DNA of 63,156 bases, filler included, from Choristocarpus tenellus KU-1152 (lineage: Eukaryota; Protista; Phaeophyceae), in the NCBI GenBank assembly GCA_964200185.2. It is 6 parts of 6 records of this genome, joined end to end, with 100 filler letters (N's around TTAATTAATTAA, not from the genome) between each part and the next. Parts side by side here need not be neighbours in the genome. Positions count along the whole stretch, not along the records: positions 35,603 to 41,647 come from CAXNAD020009081.1; positions 41,748 to 47,639 come from CAXNAD020009489.1; positions 47,740 to 57,140 come from CAXNAD020003708.1; 3 more parts are not named here. One strand, written 5' to 3'. Below the pieces are notes generated by a model, which made no database searches, was not told the origin of the DNA, and saw nothing but the letters and a program-made list of their open reading frames with translations. Each line of letters begins with the position of its first letter. The first letter of the stretch is position 1. Both the position numbers and the translations under genes were made by a program. Positions 39,001 to 50,599 of this stretch are shown piece by piece.

Positions 39001-39114
39001 AAAGCCTGACGTGAAAATTGTCAAGCAGAAGGAGTATCATCTATACACGGACAGAAAAAAACTTGCCTGGACATTGAACAACGGACTGGTCGAATGTTCC
39101 ATATCGTTGGGCAT
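36057..39114 (-). CDS. FrnE/DsbA-like thioredoxin-fold protein with a long low-complexity C-terminal tail. Exons 39114(or 39102)-39067 (GC donor), 38783-38742, 38489-38305, 37844-37667, 37437-37240, 37088-36057 (3' end uncertain)
   Basis: Spliced protein reads FNVQIYADMVCPWSYIG...VTWHPYM...NSTNALRLM...LAGVIFRAYF...DIS...VIGAPYFVI...LVGAQGPQVF, matching the FrnE-type DsbA family pattern. Confidence 0.85.
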
Positions 39115-40699
39115 TATCACTTGATGTGGCACTCTGGTGAGATACACCCCTTCAACCAAAGGTGGATGTGAGACTGGGCTTGGCTTCGTTTATCTTCGGC
39201 GTCGTTGTTACATATATAGATGCCGTCTTAGCAATCTAGGTTATGGATGGACATTTATGAAGGGGTCTGTTGGTATGGCTTTAGGACAATGGACTAGGAA
39301 CGGTACATATAAGGCACTTCGGCGAATCATGTGTTTGGGTATATTTAAATAGTTAGTCTGAATTAGGAAAGAATATTCTATCACGTAGAACTTTATTCAA
39401 TACTCCCGCTATTCTGCGTACTGAAAATGCAACTGCAACCACACGGGAGAACTTCTTCCCTACTTCCAACAATCTGTTATCGGTGTATAAAATTGTTCCC
39501 TTGAATCGGTGTATATATGAATGAGCTGAGCAAATATATGACCGAGTATATTGATAATTGTATTACAATAAAAAGGTACAATTAGCATCAAATTTATAAC
39601 TAATTGCTGTGCATTTTTTCCCTCACACAACAATTCTGGATTAAACGTGACAAATAATTGCTATCACCGACAGTTTCTGTTTTGGTTGTGGGACGTTAAA
39701 GGACAAATCACGCCTCCAACGCCGCCACGATCTGTTATTAAGTTGAGTTGAATAGATTTCTGATCTTTATTGGATTTGATTGGGGAAGAGAGAAATGAGA
39801 TTGTTAGAAAGATCACTACTTCTTGAAAGAGCAGGTTTTCATGGGTTGATAACTCTTTTTGACCTTTGCCTATTGTTTTGGTGATGTCATCAATTCCTTG
39901 GGGACATGGGGGTCAATCAGGAACGATGACAAGATTTTATGACAAACCGAGGGATGTTCAACCATATTCTGTAGAGTGAGAACATGTTTTTGGGGTGGGT
40001 GTTGGTCTGACCTTTCTTCTGTCTGGCTCAAGTTCTATTTCATTTGGCATCACGGACAGGATAGGTTTATCTTCCTTGGTGTAAATTTCAAGCTCGTGAC
40101 CTGTGAAAGAGGTATGCTACCTCAAAGTTCTGCATCTGAGTCATAGGAAGAACTTGGAGGAAGCATCTTTACTGCTCCTTCAAACTCTAACATCCGTGAT
40201 AGCATTGGGGGTATCTTCAGAAAGGAGAGTCGACTGTGGACAACATATATGGACGGGATATATGGAGAGACGATGGTCAGGCAGGTATATATGGACACTG
40301 TCATGGAAAGATTGGTAGGTGGATGAGTTGTCGAAGTAAACTGTACTATGCATATAATTTTTTATTCCTCAAGACCTGATGTTGAAGCGACGTGAGGAAG
40401 ACAAGCAAATTACTGTTTCTGTCTACCAACTACCCGAAATAATTTGTTATTTTGTAGTCGGTAGAACTCGAACCAATAGTGTGCACGTCATCAACAGCAT
40501 GTTGAGTCATGTCCCAGTAGCAAGACATCTTATGGTCCAGCATAATACGTAACTTCGGATGAGTCCAAAGCCTGCTAGGGATCGCCCTCTACATCTGGAT
40601 GTTGATCAGTGACTGTTGAGTACACCCAATCGTCCTGCCCACAATGAGCTTCTGAACATTGGGTAGAAGGGTTGACAGCCCCAAATCATCTTAGTTAGG

Positions 40700-41180
40700 C
40701 CTCCACCCGACTACTCTGAATAGATCAGAAACCTCCAAAGATTAGGAGTACGTTACCCATCCCCATGATTAATACTTGAAGAGAGTACATGGGTAAGCTG
40801 GTGGAACTAGTTTCCTCAATCGATCATGTGTTCAAGTTGATCGAGATATATGGTAGGTAAAAACGTAAGAAAATTGACGGGAGATGTTGGAGTTGATACT
40901 TCCAGGGTGTAGCAGGTGAGACTTCGTCCTCAAGAACTAGACCTTTGTCATATGATACACCCCTTGCGTGTCAATGTGTGGAAAATATCAAAGACCTCTG
41001 GCATTTGTCCGAGTAGATAACCAGAGAAGAAGTGTTGGATCAAGCTAATGTTAAGGTTTGACCAGTATGGTGGCAACAATAATATCGACACATTCCGCGA
41101 GTTTAGTGGAGGGGATATCATTCTCATGTGTCCTCCGTCGATTAAAAGCTCTTGCCACAAAAAAATGGTGTAATAACAAG
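40700..41180 (-). mobile_element. Decayed copia RT remnant
   Basis: Fragments FFVARAF (cf. ARLVARGF) and GQMPEVFD (cf. EQPEGF) in the expected order; frameshifted. Confidence 0.4.
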
Positions 41181-41647
41181 TCTAAGTGCATAAACGACGA
41201 TCATATCATTGCTTCGGTTTGACAGATGACAAAGTTTACCTCCATACAATAAAAAGGAAGACAATTTTTGCACTCCAACAACGTGGGATAAGAGTCAAAC
41301 CAAGTCAGAGCTATGCAGGGTGGCATTTTAAGGATTCCGAGAAGGGTAAATCTATTTAATTTTTGCACAATTGGAGAAGAAGTCTTTTGCTTAATTGTGG
41401 TGTCATTTGTATGTGGAACGGGAGAACATCATTTTTACGTACACTATTGTGCACATAAAACAATGAATAGTATGTATTCTCAACGTAAGAAAGATGTCTT
41501 GGAATGCAAAAGGGTCCAAACCTTCCTACCTCTCAATTGGTTGTGCTCGTATGTTATTCTCGGCCCTTGAGCCTTTGTGATACCGCATTCTCTTTCACGC
41601 CTGGTCTTGCCAACAGGCTATCCCTTCACCATGATATAGGAGGACCC

Positions 41648-41747
41648 NNNNNNNNNNNNNNNNNNNNNNNNNNNNNNNNNNNNNNNNNNNNTTAATTAAT
41701 TAANNNNNNNNNNNNNNNNNNNNNNNNNNNNNNNNNNNNNNNNNNNN
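41648..41747. other. Artificial contig spacer
   Basis: N44-TTAATTAATTAA-N44. Confidence 0.97.
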
Positions 41748-41805
41748 GGGGGGGGGGTGAGTGTGGGAGATGCTGATTTTGCGTCGGTGGTGGGCAGGGA
41801 GAGGG

Positions 41806-41856
<51 letters not shown>

Positions 41857-42100
41857 CTACATCAGGGTGTCCATTTAGACCATAATCAGGTAAGAGTGCA
41901 TTTACATTATCCATCCGACATATCCAACCAAATCATCCAAACCTCGCGGCCTGAAAAAATTGACCATATCAGCACAGCCGCCACTCTCCCCCCAATACTT
42001 TGAGCCTTAAAGTGCACCCAAGCATGAGAACACAAATATGACCATAATACTCAGTTACCACACTCTTCCATGCACTGGGCGATACTGACATACTCTGTAC

Positions 42101-44599
42101 CTCTGTGAGGCTGAACCACTCTTCAGGATCTGAGCTAGGTGTAGCAAGGATGGTGACCTCAGTGGTCTTGAAGTCAACGAAGAATTCCTCAAGGCCGAGG
42201 TACTGCCCACCACTTTCTGAATACTCCGTCTCAGTAATGACCGTCCCCTCACTGATGATCTGGAATCTACGTGTGCGAGTGTCACCCAAGTAGAAGCCTG
42301 GTCAGAGCATCATTAGGCAAGGTTGAGTGGAATTCAAGATGAGTAGAAGTCAGAGATATATCCTTCTGGTCAGATTGTGGTGGATCGGTCCATTTTCGTT
42401 TTAAGGCATAAACGGACTATGAACAGGGTATCACCATAAATGCAGAAAACATGTGTGGAAGTGTCGTCAGTGGTGGGAGTTGTACGTAAAGCTTGACAAT
42501 TTGAAATCAGCTACCCCAATCCATTTCGCCTTGGCGCTAAGCATTCCATTACCTTCCAGCTTTGACACGTTGGAGACTATTCATGTTGCCAATCCCATGC
42601 CCTACATTCTGTAATACAAGTAAATGTTGAGGAGTGATAGAAAGGAAGGAACCCCATATTTGGAAGGATTTATCGTACAGAGAAGACGTCCGTTGCACTC
42701 TTCCAACCCAATTATTTTCCTTAACCTTCATTGCTCACCGATACACACGGCCGTGAGTGTTTGAGGTGAGCTGAACGCGTAGGTGATCGAGCATTCACTC
42801 ACACCGCTAATGGATGTAGAGCAGGACCACCTGGATTCACCATCCATGTCTAAGTCCTGTTGTTGTTGCATATAGGACGCACGTTCGTTGCGGTGGAGGA
42901 GGGTGACTAACTTAGTTTGGATATCGAAAAATATCATTGGGTCACCTATGCAGATAAATGCAACAACACTACGAGTACACAACAGATATAATGATCATGT
43001 TGGTGCTCAACGTGGTTCGGATATACGGATATTGCATACTGGTGGTTATAGAGTGATAAACAAAATACATTCAGCAAATGACGATGAACTGATCTGAACA
43101 GCTGTTGGTGCAGCAGAGGTGGTGAAGTGCAAATAACTACGATGTATCTTTGATTGTAGTTGAAACATGCAACACCTTTGCATAGAAATACCTTCGCATA
43201 TCCAGGAGATAGACAAAAGAAATTTGTAGAAAAAATATAGATGATGTGGTTGCAGTCTATCTATTATTGAAGTAGTAGGTGGTAGCGAACTTAACAGAAG
43301 AGGGCATATCTGCGACACATGTTCTTGGTATGACTCCTGAAATAATTCCTTCTTTTTGACCACCCTCTGTAGTACCAGTGAAGGAAAGTTCTTTTCGTCA
43401 TGGGTCAAGATTAGTACTTTGAATTGACAAAAAAAAGGAAGGATTCTACATCATCTAAGTGCTGTCATCGTGGCACAGACCAACCAGCATATCAACTACT
43501 GCACCTGTCGTACTATTAGCAGCTCTTTGTCGTGTTCGTTAAATTATCTTGCATCCTACTTCTTTATTCACCACGACAACATACGCAAAATATCAGTTGA
43601 GCTAGCAATAATATATGTATCTATTATTGTACACAAGAAGGTAGGAAGCAATGTAAATAGTGTTATGTGTTGGTTGTGTGCTGTCCTTGTCTCTCCCCCG
43701 AAAACACCTACAAAAGGTAAGCAGGTCATACGCTATGCACTCCAGAGTATTTATCGATTGAGAGTGAATATAACAATCTCTGGAAAATGTAGGTGATACA
43801 TACGTACATCTCGAAATACAAAGAATAACCAGTGAACCGGCCCATCCTGATTGAAAATGTACTTTGTCGGCTTCCACATCGAACGCGTTAGCGATGAGAT
43901 ACTCCAATAACACTTGAGGCGCATGGTGGCAATATATGCCCTACTGGACGCTTTGGTGACGCCAAATTTTATGTAGAACGCATTGATGCGACGATTGCGA
44001 AAATTGTGGGCGGAAAGAAAATTGATACAGGCAAACATAAAACCCCTAATGACGTTTCAAAAGTATGAAAGAGAGTGGCAAGGTCGACGGTCGATAAACG
44101 CTTTTTCAAAAAGAGTGAGTACCCGGGTCAGCTCAGGCTTGCAGCCATCCGTAAAGCAACCGTTGTTTGCCAAGCTGCGAACGTCGTACCCCGTTGCCGT
44201 GGTCGTCACGGTGGCCTGGTCTCTCACTTGCACGCCACCTGAGAAACCAGGAAGTTATCAACGTCTTTGCGTCATATAGGGATACGGATTTCATGTGGCG
44301 AGGCTGGTTAACACAACGGAATTGGTCCCGACGTGTATGAGCGCGCTTGGCTTAGAGGAGGTCCAAATGATCTTGGGGTACCCGTTACAATCGCTTGTGA
44401 GCTCCCATACTTTACATCCTTTAAATCGGATCTACTTGCTTGCTGGAATTTGTTGCCTGAGACGAACGATGATGAGCACCTGCACAGACGAAGAGATTTC
44501 ACTGCTAGAGCATCTACAATCGTTGAGATACCTACCAGTGAGATCAAACGTGAGGGCTAGGAGGAGTCCCCCGATGAGATTAGCTGTCCATGGAGCCAT
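42101..44599 (-). CDS. Secreted protein with a brown-algal F5/8 type C (discoidin/CBM32-like) domain. Exons 44599-44536, 44238-44123, 42856-42739, 42297-42101; 3' truncated at the gap
   Basis: Signal-peptide-like MAPWTANLIGGLLLALTFDLTG, then ATGYDVRSLANNGCFTDGCKPELTR|DLDMDGESRWSCS...CSITYAFSSPQ...IGFYLGDTRTRRFQI...EWFSLTE. Splice phases are consistent. Confidence 0.75.
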
Positions 44600-46149
44600 T
44601 CTTCCACGAAACTGTTGTGAGTGTACTGTGCCTGGTCGTGATGTTTCTCTTAATGGGATGTTGGAGCAACGAAGGTGTAAAAGACTTTGTGGAAGAAGGG
44701 GTTACAGGAATGCTCGCTTTTGATTCAATTTAGGAACGACAGGTTTTATGGAGGAAAGACCAAAAATTGATGTTTGTAGAAGTTTCAAGTTCTAGAATCC
44801 AATGTTCTTTGTTTGCATTTTCTCGTAAACTTATTGTTGCTCTTAGATCACCCCGTACTTCCTTTTTCGGGGTTTGAGGTTTGACGGTGACCTGCCTGGA
44901 ACTCTGGTTCAGGTTGCATCTATTACATTTACATTTTGTATTTTATAGAATCTTCAGGTAGTGATTTATTATATGGTTGGTACCTCAGGTGTAAAGATAA
45001 TACAAATATATTGGTATTTTGTCTCTACTCAACCCCATCTACACATTTTGGAAGAACTACACCGAAGCACTATTAATACTATTATAACTATAAATCCCCA
45101 GTACTAACTATCAAATACTACTGGATATATATATTACTGAGTTGAGTGGTCGGACGAGTCAAGTTTGTGAACGATGTATATTTTTAACATTGATGACAAT
45201 TTCCTTGTTCATCTGCACAGATTGGTGGGTCGTTGTTGTTGAAAGACCAGCAATAGTTTCCCTCAACCATACAAGACTTCAACAACATATTGATGGTAGA
45301 CCTGTGTGTAATATGGTCCCGTTTCGATGGTGCAACTAGAATAAAAAAATATATTATCTTATTTTTTAGGCGATATAAATATTTATATTATTATGCCCGC
45401 TGACATTTTGCAGTTATCAATGTTGTGGTTAGGCGTCACGTGTATTCTAACAACCCTAACCCTAGAACATTATTGTTGTACCAAACACAAAATACAAGAT
45501 GTTCTACCCTCTCTCTGGATAAACTTTGAGGTATCCATCAAGATTTTAGGTGTCAGTAATCCAGGGATATCTTCAAACTGTAACAACAACAATAACTTTA
45601 CTACTAGAAGATGCAAATTAAAGTAGAACTAGTCGTCAGGACGTGACCAATTCCTACCGATCAGATTTTTTGTCTCCCTTTCGGCGAACTCCTACCTCAT
45701 GTACAACACAGACAACTGACAAGACCCTGGTCATTCCTACTATGTAATAGTATCATTTTGAAATCTGAAAGGAGCGATGTTTTGGAAAATTCCAGCGATT
45801 GAATCGGTCAAACTAAATGATATATCGCAGTTGAATTGAATCTTAGGATCAATAATTCGGTTATTTACTATTTTTTATCTATGGAATCATTGGAGGAGAG
45901 AAGAAGCACAATCACACACAAGCAGACGAGCACCATACACATACTAAATATAACAAAATGTGCACGATGAGTGTGCTGAAGGCACCGTTTGGTGGAGTGT
46001 GCGGTAGGGATGGCATCGAATAGAAAAGGGATAAAAGACACCATGAAATCAGTCCGCAAGCAGCTGCTGATCTCTACTCCAAGGCCAAGCCAGTGCAAGA
46101 AGCGATTAGAGGAGATGAGGAGATCAAGAATCGAGTCGAGAAGAGTGAT

Positions 46150-46610
46150 GCAGTGTACCAACGCCTTGGTGGTCCGCTTATCCCATGGTTCGAGTACCTT
46201 TTGTACACTGCTGGGTAAAGGGAGGGGAGTTCCAGTTCGGGCGGGATAGATGTCTTCTAGTTCAAAGGCACGGTATTAAGTGGATGATGAAGGGGTGTTG
46301 TTGGATGATTTTGGAGTGGTTTCTTGTCTTCACTAACTGATTAATAAGCAATAACTTTCAAGGTAAATTGAACAGTTTCTGAGCCTTAGTAGTATGAAGA
46401 CCGACTTGAAGATAATTGCTTTCTGGACGGGGGTCACAGGAAGGTCATTGGAGACCTAGTCCACTTGGGGACTATCATTGATAGGCCACGCTGGTGGAAA
46501 GGGTTTGTGCGACATTACGGCGAGGGACTGCGAGATTCCTGAAACACCCACCACCATCTGGGGACAGGCAGTGCGCATGGCACATGCCACGTACATGAAG
46601 AACAACAAGG
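46150..46610 (+). mobile_element. Decayed copia pre-integrase/integrase remnant
   Basis: YQRLG (cf. WHxRLGH), LVH, and IWGQAVRMAHATYMKN (cf. LWAEAVxxAxYLxN). Confidence 0.45.
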
Positions 46611-47100
46611 CGTTATGGTCTATCATGTGTTATTTCTTGCATCCAATTTTCCTGTTCGTTTTTCTCTTTCCCTCCTACTCTTTTGATAGTGTTTTTTCCA
46701 CGCCTGCAGGTTCTCTTTCCTTTTCTTTTCATAATCCTCCATGCCTCCTCAAGGAGTATGTATTGCTTTCTTTAGTCTACCTTTTCGACCACAGATCTAG
46801 GATCACTGGGACTACTGCGATCATAAACAATTTTTTTATTGTGGACGTCGACCTCTATGTGGATTTTATTAAGTGATGTACCTTTGTGTAGTATTTGTAT
46901 CCTGAAAATAAACGATCGTAATGTGGTCGTTGCGCAAAATACTCCGGAGTATGAGGGAATTGAAATTTTGGCATTTTGAGGACAAGAAATGGGTCAAAAG
47001 TTGAAGCGAAAATTGGAATTTCCGAACTTCGCCCAATTTAATGCTCTCTTTGTTGTTCTCCATTTTCTGACTTCCTTTACGATGTCCTCAACAACAGGGC

Positions 47101-47298
47101 AGTGCGCAGGGGAGATCCCCTGTCATCGGGAGTCCCCACTGTCCTTGGGGAACACTTTTCGTACTCTCAATTTCGATAATCTAACTCCAATCTAACCCCA
47201 AACCCTAATCCTAACCAAAATAACCCTAAAAAAGTAAAGAAAAGTGTTCCTTGAGGGCAGTGGGGGCTCCCAGAGGCAGGGAATCTCCCCTGTGCACT
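47101..47298. mobile_element. MITE-like hairpin with ~60-bp imperfect TIRs and a telomere-like (CCCTAA variant) core
   Basis: agtgcgcaggggagatcccctg...ggggaacacttttc pairs with gaaaagtgttcc...gggaatctcccctgtgcact; the loop reads ctaacccaaaccctaatcctaacc. Confidence 0.8.
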
Positions 47299-47639
47299 TC
47301 AACAGCACACGAAAAGTTTGACTGTGGAGAAAGCGTTTTGTACAGAACCTTCTTTCTCTGCTCACCTTCCACACAATGCACCACATCTCTTAATCACTAT
47401 GGCAAGCACTGCAGTAAAAGAGAATTTGAGCAATAAGGAGTCAGTGACACACCCTTGGGGAAGACTTTTGTTGAACACAAACAATTCCGAGCACTCCCCA
47501 CCAACCATCTGTACACAAGGTATTTTCACATGAAAATGAAATACGACTGAAATATTATCATCTTTGCCAGGAACACTAAACTTGATCACTGCTGTCTAAA
47601 AGACCTAAAGTATCTGGGGGGGGGGGGGAACTACACCAG

Positions 47640-47739
47640 NNNNNNNNNNNNNNNNNNNNNNNNNNNNNNNNNNNNNNNNNNNNTTAATTAATTAANNNNN
47701 NNNNNNNNNNNNNNNNNNNNNNNNNNNNNNNNNNNNNNN
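47640..47739. other. Artificial contig spacer
   Basis: N44-TTAATTAATTAA-N44. Confidence 0.97.
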
Positions 47740-48011
47740 CGCTAAGCGGGCCCCCATGGTCAAACCGGGTGGGAGGGGGTACGCCCAGTGGGGGAGGGGG
47801 GGCGGGATGTGGGGGGGGAGAGGGGTGAGGTCACAAGTCGCTCCCCTCTTCTTGCTGCCTTAGTCATAGGATTATTTGAGGGGGGGCATGTGAAAATGCT
47901 TTTGATGGCAGTGCTGGCAACATTCAAGATCAATTGTTGGGTTTATGATTGAGGATGACGGATCAACTGAGCTGATGACCAATATGTCAAAAGAGTTGGT
48001 GGTTAAGAGGA

Positions 48012-48642
48012 GTGTGTCTGTGTGTGTCTGTGTCTGTGTCTGTGTCTGTGTCTGTGTGTGAGTGCCAATACCAAAGGATGGAGTTCACGTGCATATGCAA
48101 AGTGGAGCAAGATAGTCTGAGGACTAATGTTCATACCATACCCTTAGAGATGGCAAATGGAATCTGGGGGGGGGACATGATCCAAACAGAAGAATTCAAA
48201 TTCTTAAATTTTCCCACGTGTTTGTAATGGTCAGATCGGGACAGCAACAACAACAACAACAACAACAACAACAGGAGGAGGAGAAATAGGAAGGGGATAG
48301 TAGTTTCGACATGCAAGGGTTGGAGGTTTGGCTTGTTTTTGGAGGTTAGGTTATGACTATGGTGATGATATATAGATTGAGTGTGTTGCAGTGAATAGGT
48401 CATGAGATGATGATAATAATAATAATAATAATAACGTAGGCAGATTAAATCCCTGAGATTGTGTGTGTGTTGGGTCTTGTCTGTGGGGGGGGAATCAAAA
48501 TGAGTAATAAATCATTATTACCATGAGAGTGTTTCTCGAGTGTCATAACGGTGTATTTGTACTTGTGTGAGCTAACGACGATCTGTTCCATCTACATTCA
48601 TGACGCAGATCGTCATTAGGTGTGTGTGTGTGTGTGTGTGTG
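48012..48642. repeat. Microsatellite cluster: (GT/GTGTCT)n ~48012-48060, (AAC)n ~48245-48272, (AAT)n ~48412-48434, (GT)n ~48620-48642
   Basis: Directly visible. Confidence 0.95.
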
Positions 48643-50599
48643 AGCTAATGGTAACTACTACGACTACTCTTGAGAAAAAAAATTGTACTTGGAAGTAAAT
48701 AGGTAGGCAGTATGAGGTAGGGGTGATTATTAATAGTATTTTCATTATTTGATGGAGCCATTTCTCGTATTGAATCAACCCGTACATCTCTCTTGATGAA
48801 GTATTGTATCTATTGTCTATTGCAGAGCAATTAATACATGGTATTTTCCAGGGGTTGTACATGAACAAGTGGTTGAGGGGAATTGGATGATGCAACGTGA
48901 CAGTTACATTTTATGACTCAGGACTTTAAACGTAGGCAATGAGTTAGGCTAATCCTTTTTGTCTATGTACTGTATATTATTATGTGCAATGAAATTTTGC
49001 AGAGTTTGTCATGGAGTGAATAAGAATAAGCATACAAGGTACAGAGGACAACAACCATGACAACAGCAGAGTCTGCATTACACTTAGAGTAAACGCCTTC
49101 CGATACACACAGAGGACAGACTTGTAATGTATTTTTAAAGCAAGAAAACAAGAAACCCACTATATTCAGACAAGTATACCTGAAACTGCTCTATATGCAT
49201 TGTTTAGTTGTTTGGCAATGAACAGTTGATGTAGTGGTGCTGTACAATATGATCCCTAGTATCGTGACAAAAATCGTCCCTTCTGGGAGGGGCTGTACCC
49301 ATCACAGGTTGCACGTCTAAGACAGAAGGACAGGGGAAGGGAGGAAGTGTGGTGCGACCCCTTCATCTTTGCATGCAATAGATATTGAGTCAAGGAGTTG
49401 TGTCGAAATCTGACCTACATACGAACAATACCTACTATTCCTATTTTGCATTGGAAGTTTCGATCCAAAGACAATGTGGTAGGTGCCACAGACGGAACAC
49501 CTGTCTGTTCTGGGATGATATACATAAATATATTTACGTATGTATGATTAAGGATATTAGTAGAAAGGTGAGTAAGAGGAAACACCCATGATAAATGGAG
49601 GTTGTATCTATCTGCCACCTGTTGGTGTCTTGAGAACTAGTCGTTATTCTGGGTAGCTCCAAAAGAAACCATTCTGGTAGGTCCGGTAATCCCTGCACAA
49701 GTCTCCCCAGATCACATATCTTGAACAAGTACTTGAATACGTCCCACAGAATATCTTTTTTTAAATGTGACATTGGTTTGTTGTCATACCACCTTAACTG
49801 TGTTATCTACACTCTACCACAGCATCACACTGAAAAAATGCAAGCCTCGCACTCATAACAGGCTAGAAATCAACTTCAACATATTCGTGTCATAGACTGT
49901 TGGAATGGACAATCCTTTGCAACCCTAAAGACATGTTGCACAAAATCCCTAACACTGGAAAAGCTAGGCACTGCCATTTTCTGCCCCAAAAGATGCCTGG
50001 TGTGATGCGAAAATGACCCGAAAAAAACAGCATACTACGTTGGATGAAGAACAGCATCAAAATCCATGCCCAGGTCTCCCAAGCCCATGCCCCCTGAACA
50101 GGTAGTCAAGTACATCCAGAAGACTCCCTAACCATGGTAGGATGCAGAGTGAATGGATATGCACTGCCTTCCAATGTTTGATCCGCATACCACTGCTGTT
50201 TACCTCCAACAGAGCAAGTTGCACAGTAATAATATGCCTTTTTACCACACACACAAAGCACTTCTGCATGACACACTTCCTCCTTCCACCTCCATAACAC
50301 GAAAGCTTGACTGCTGACACACATTAGTAGTAGGGAAGGCCACTCTGGACATAATAATCTCATTATCACTGGGGTTAGGGTTAAGGCTTTCCTAGGAGAT
50401 GCTGCAGCTCCTTGTCTTCTGCAAGCAACAGTTTTGATCTCTGCCCTGACTCCCCAAGGATTCCTCGCAATCTTTGAAGTATGAGGCATCCCAGACTCCC
50501 CTACATTGCCATCCAACCCCCTCAATGGTGACGATGTTTACTCGTCGAAGGTCAGCCTTCAGGAAGGACAGACACCATGCTCACCTTCCATCACCATGT

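Noticed and set aside
41696-42003. Poly-Pro and poly-Gly ORFs
   Set aside because: They derive from a ~50-nt G homopolymer next to a gap; low complexity or a sequencing artefact.
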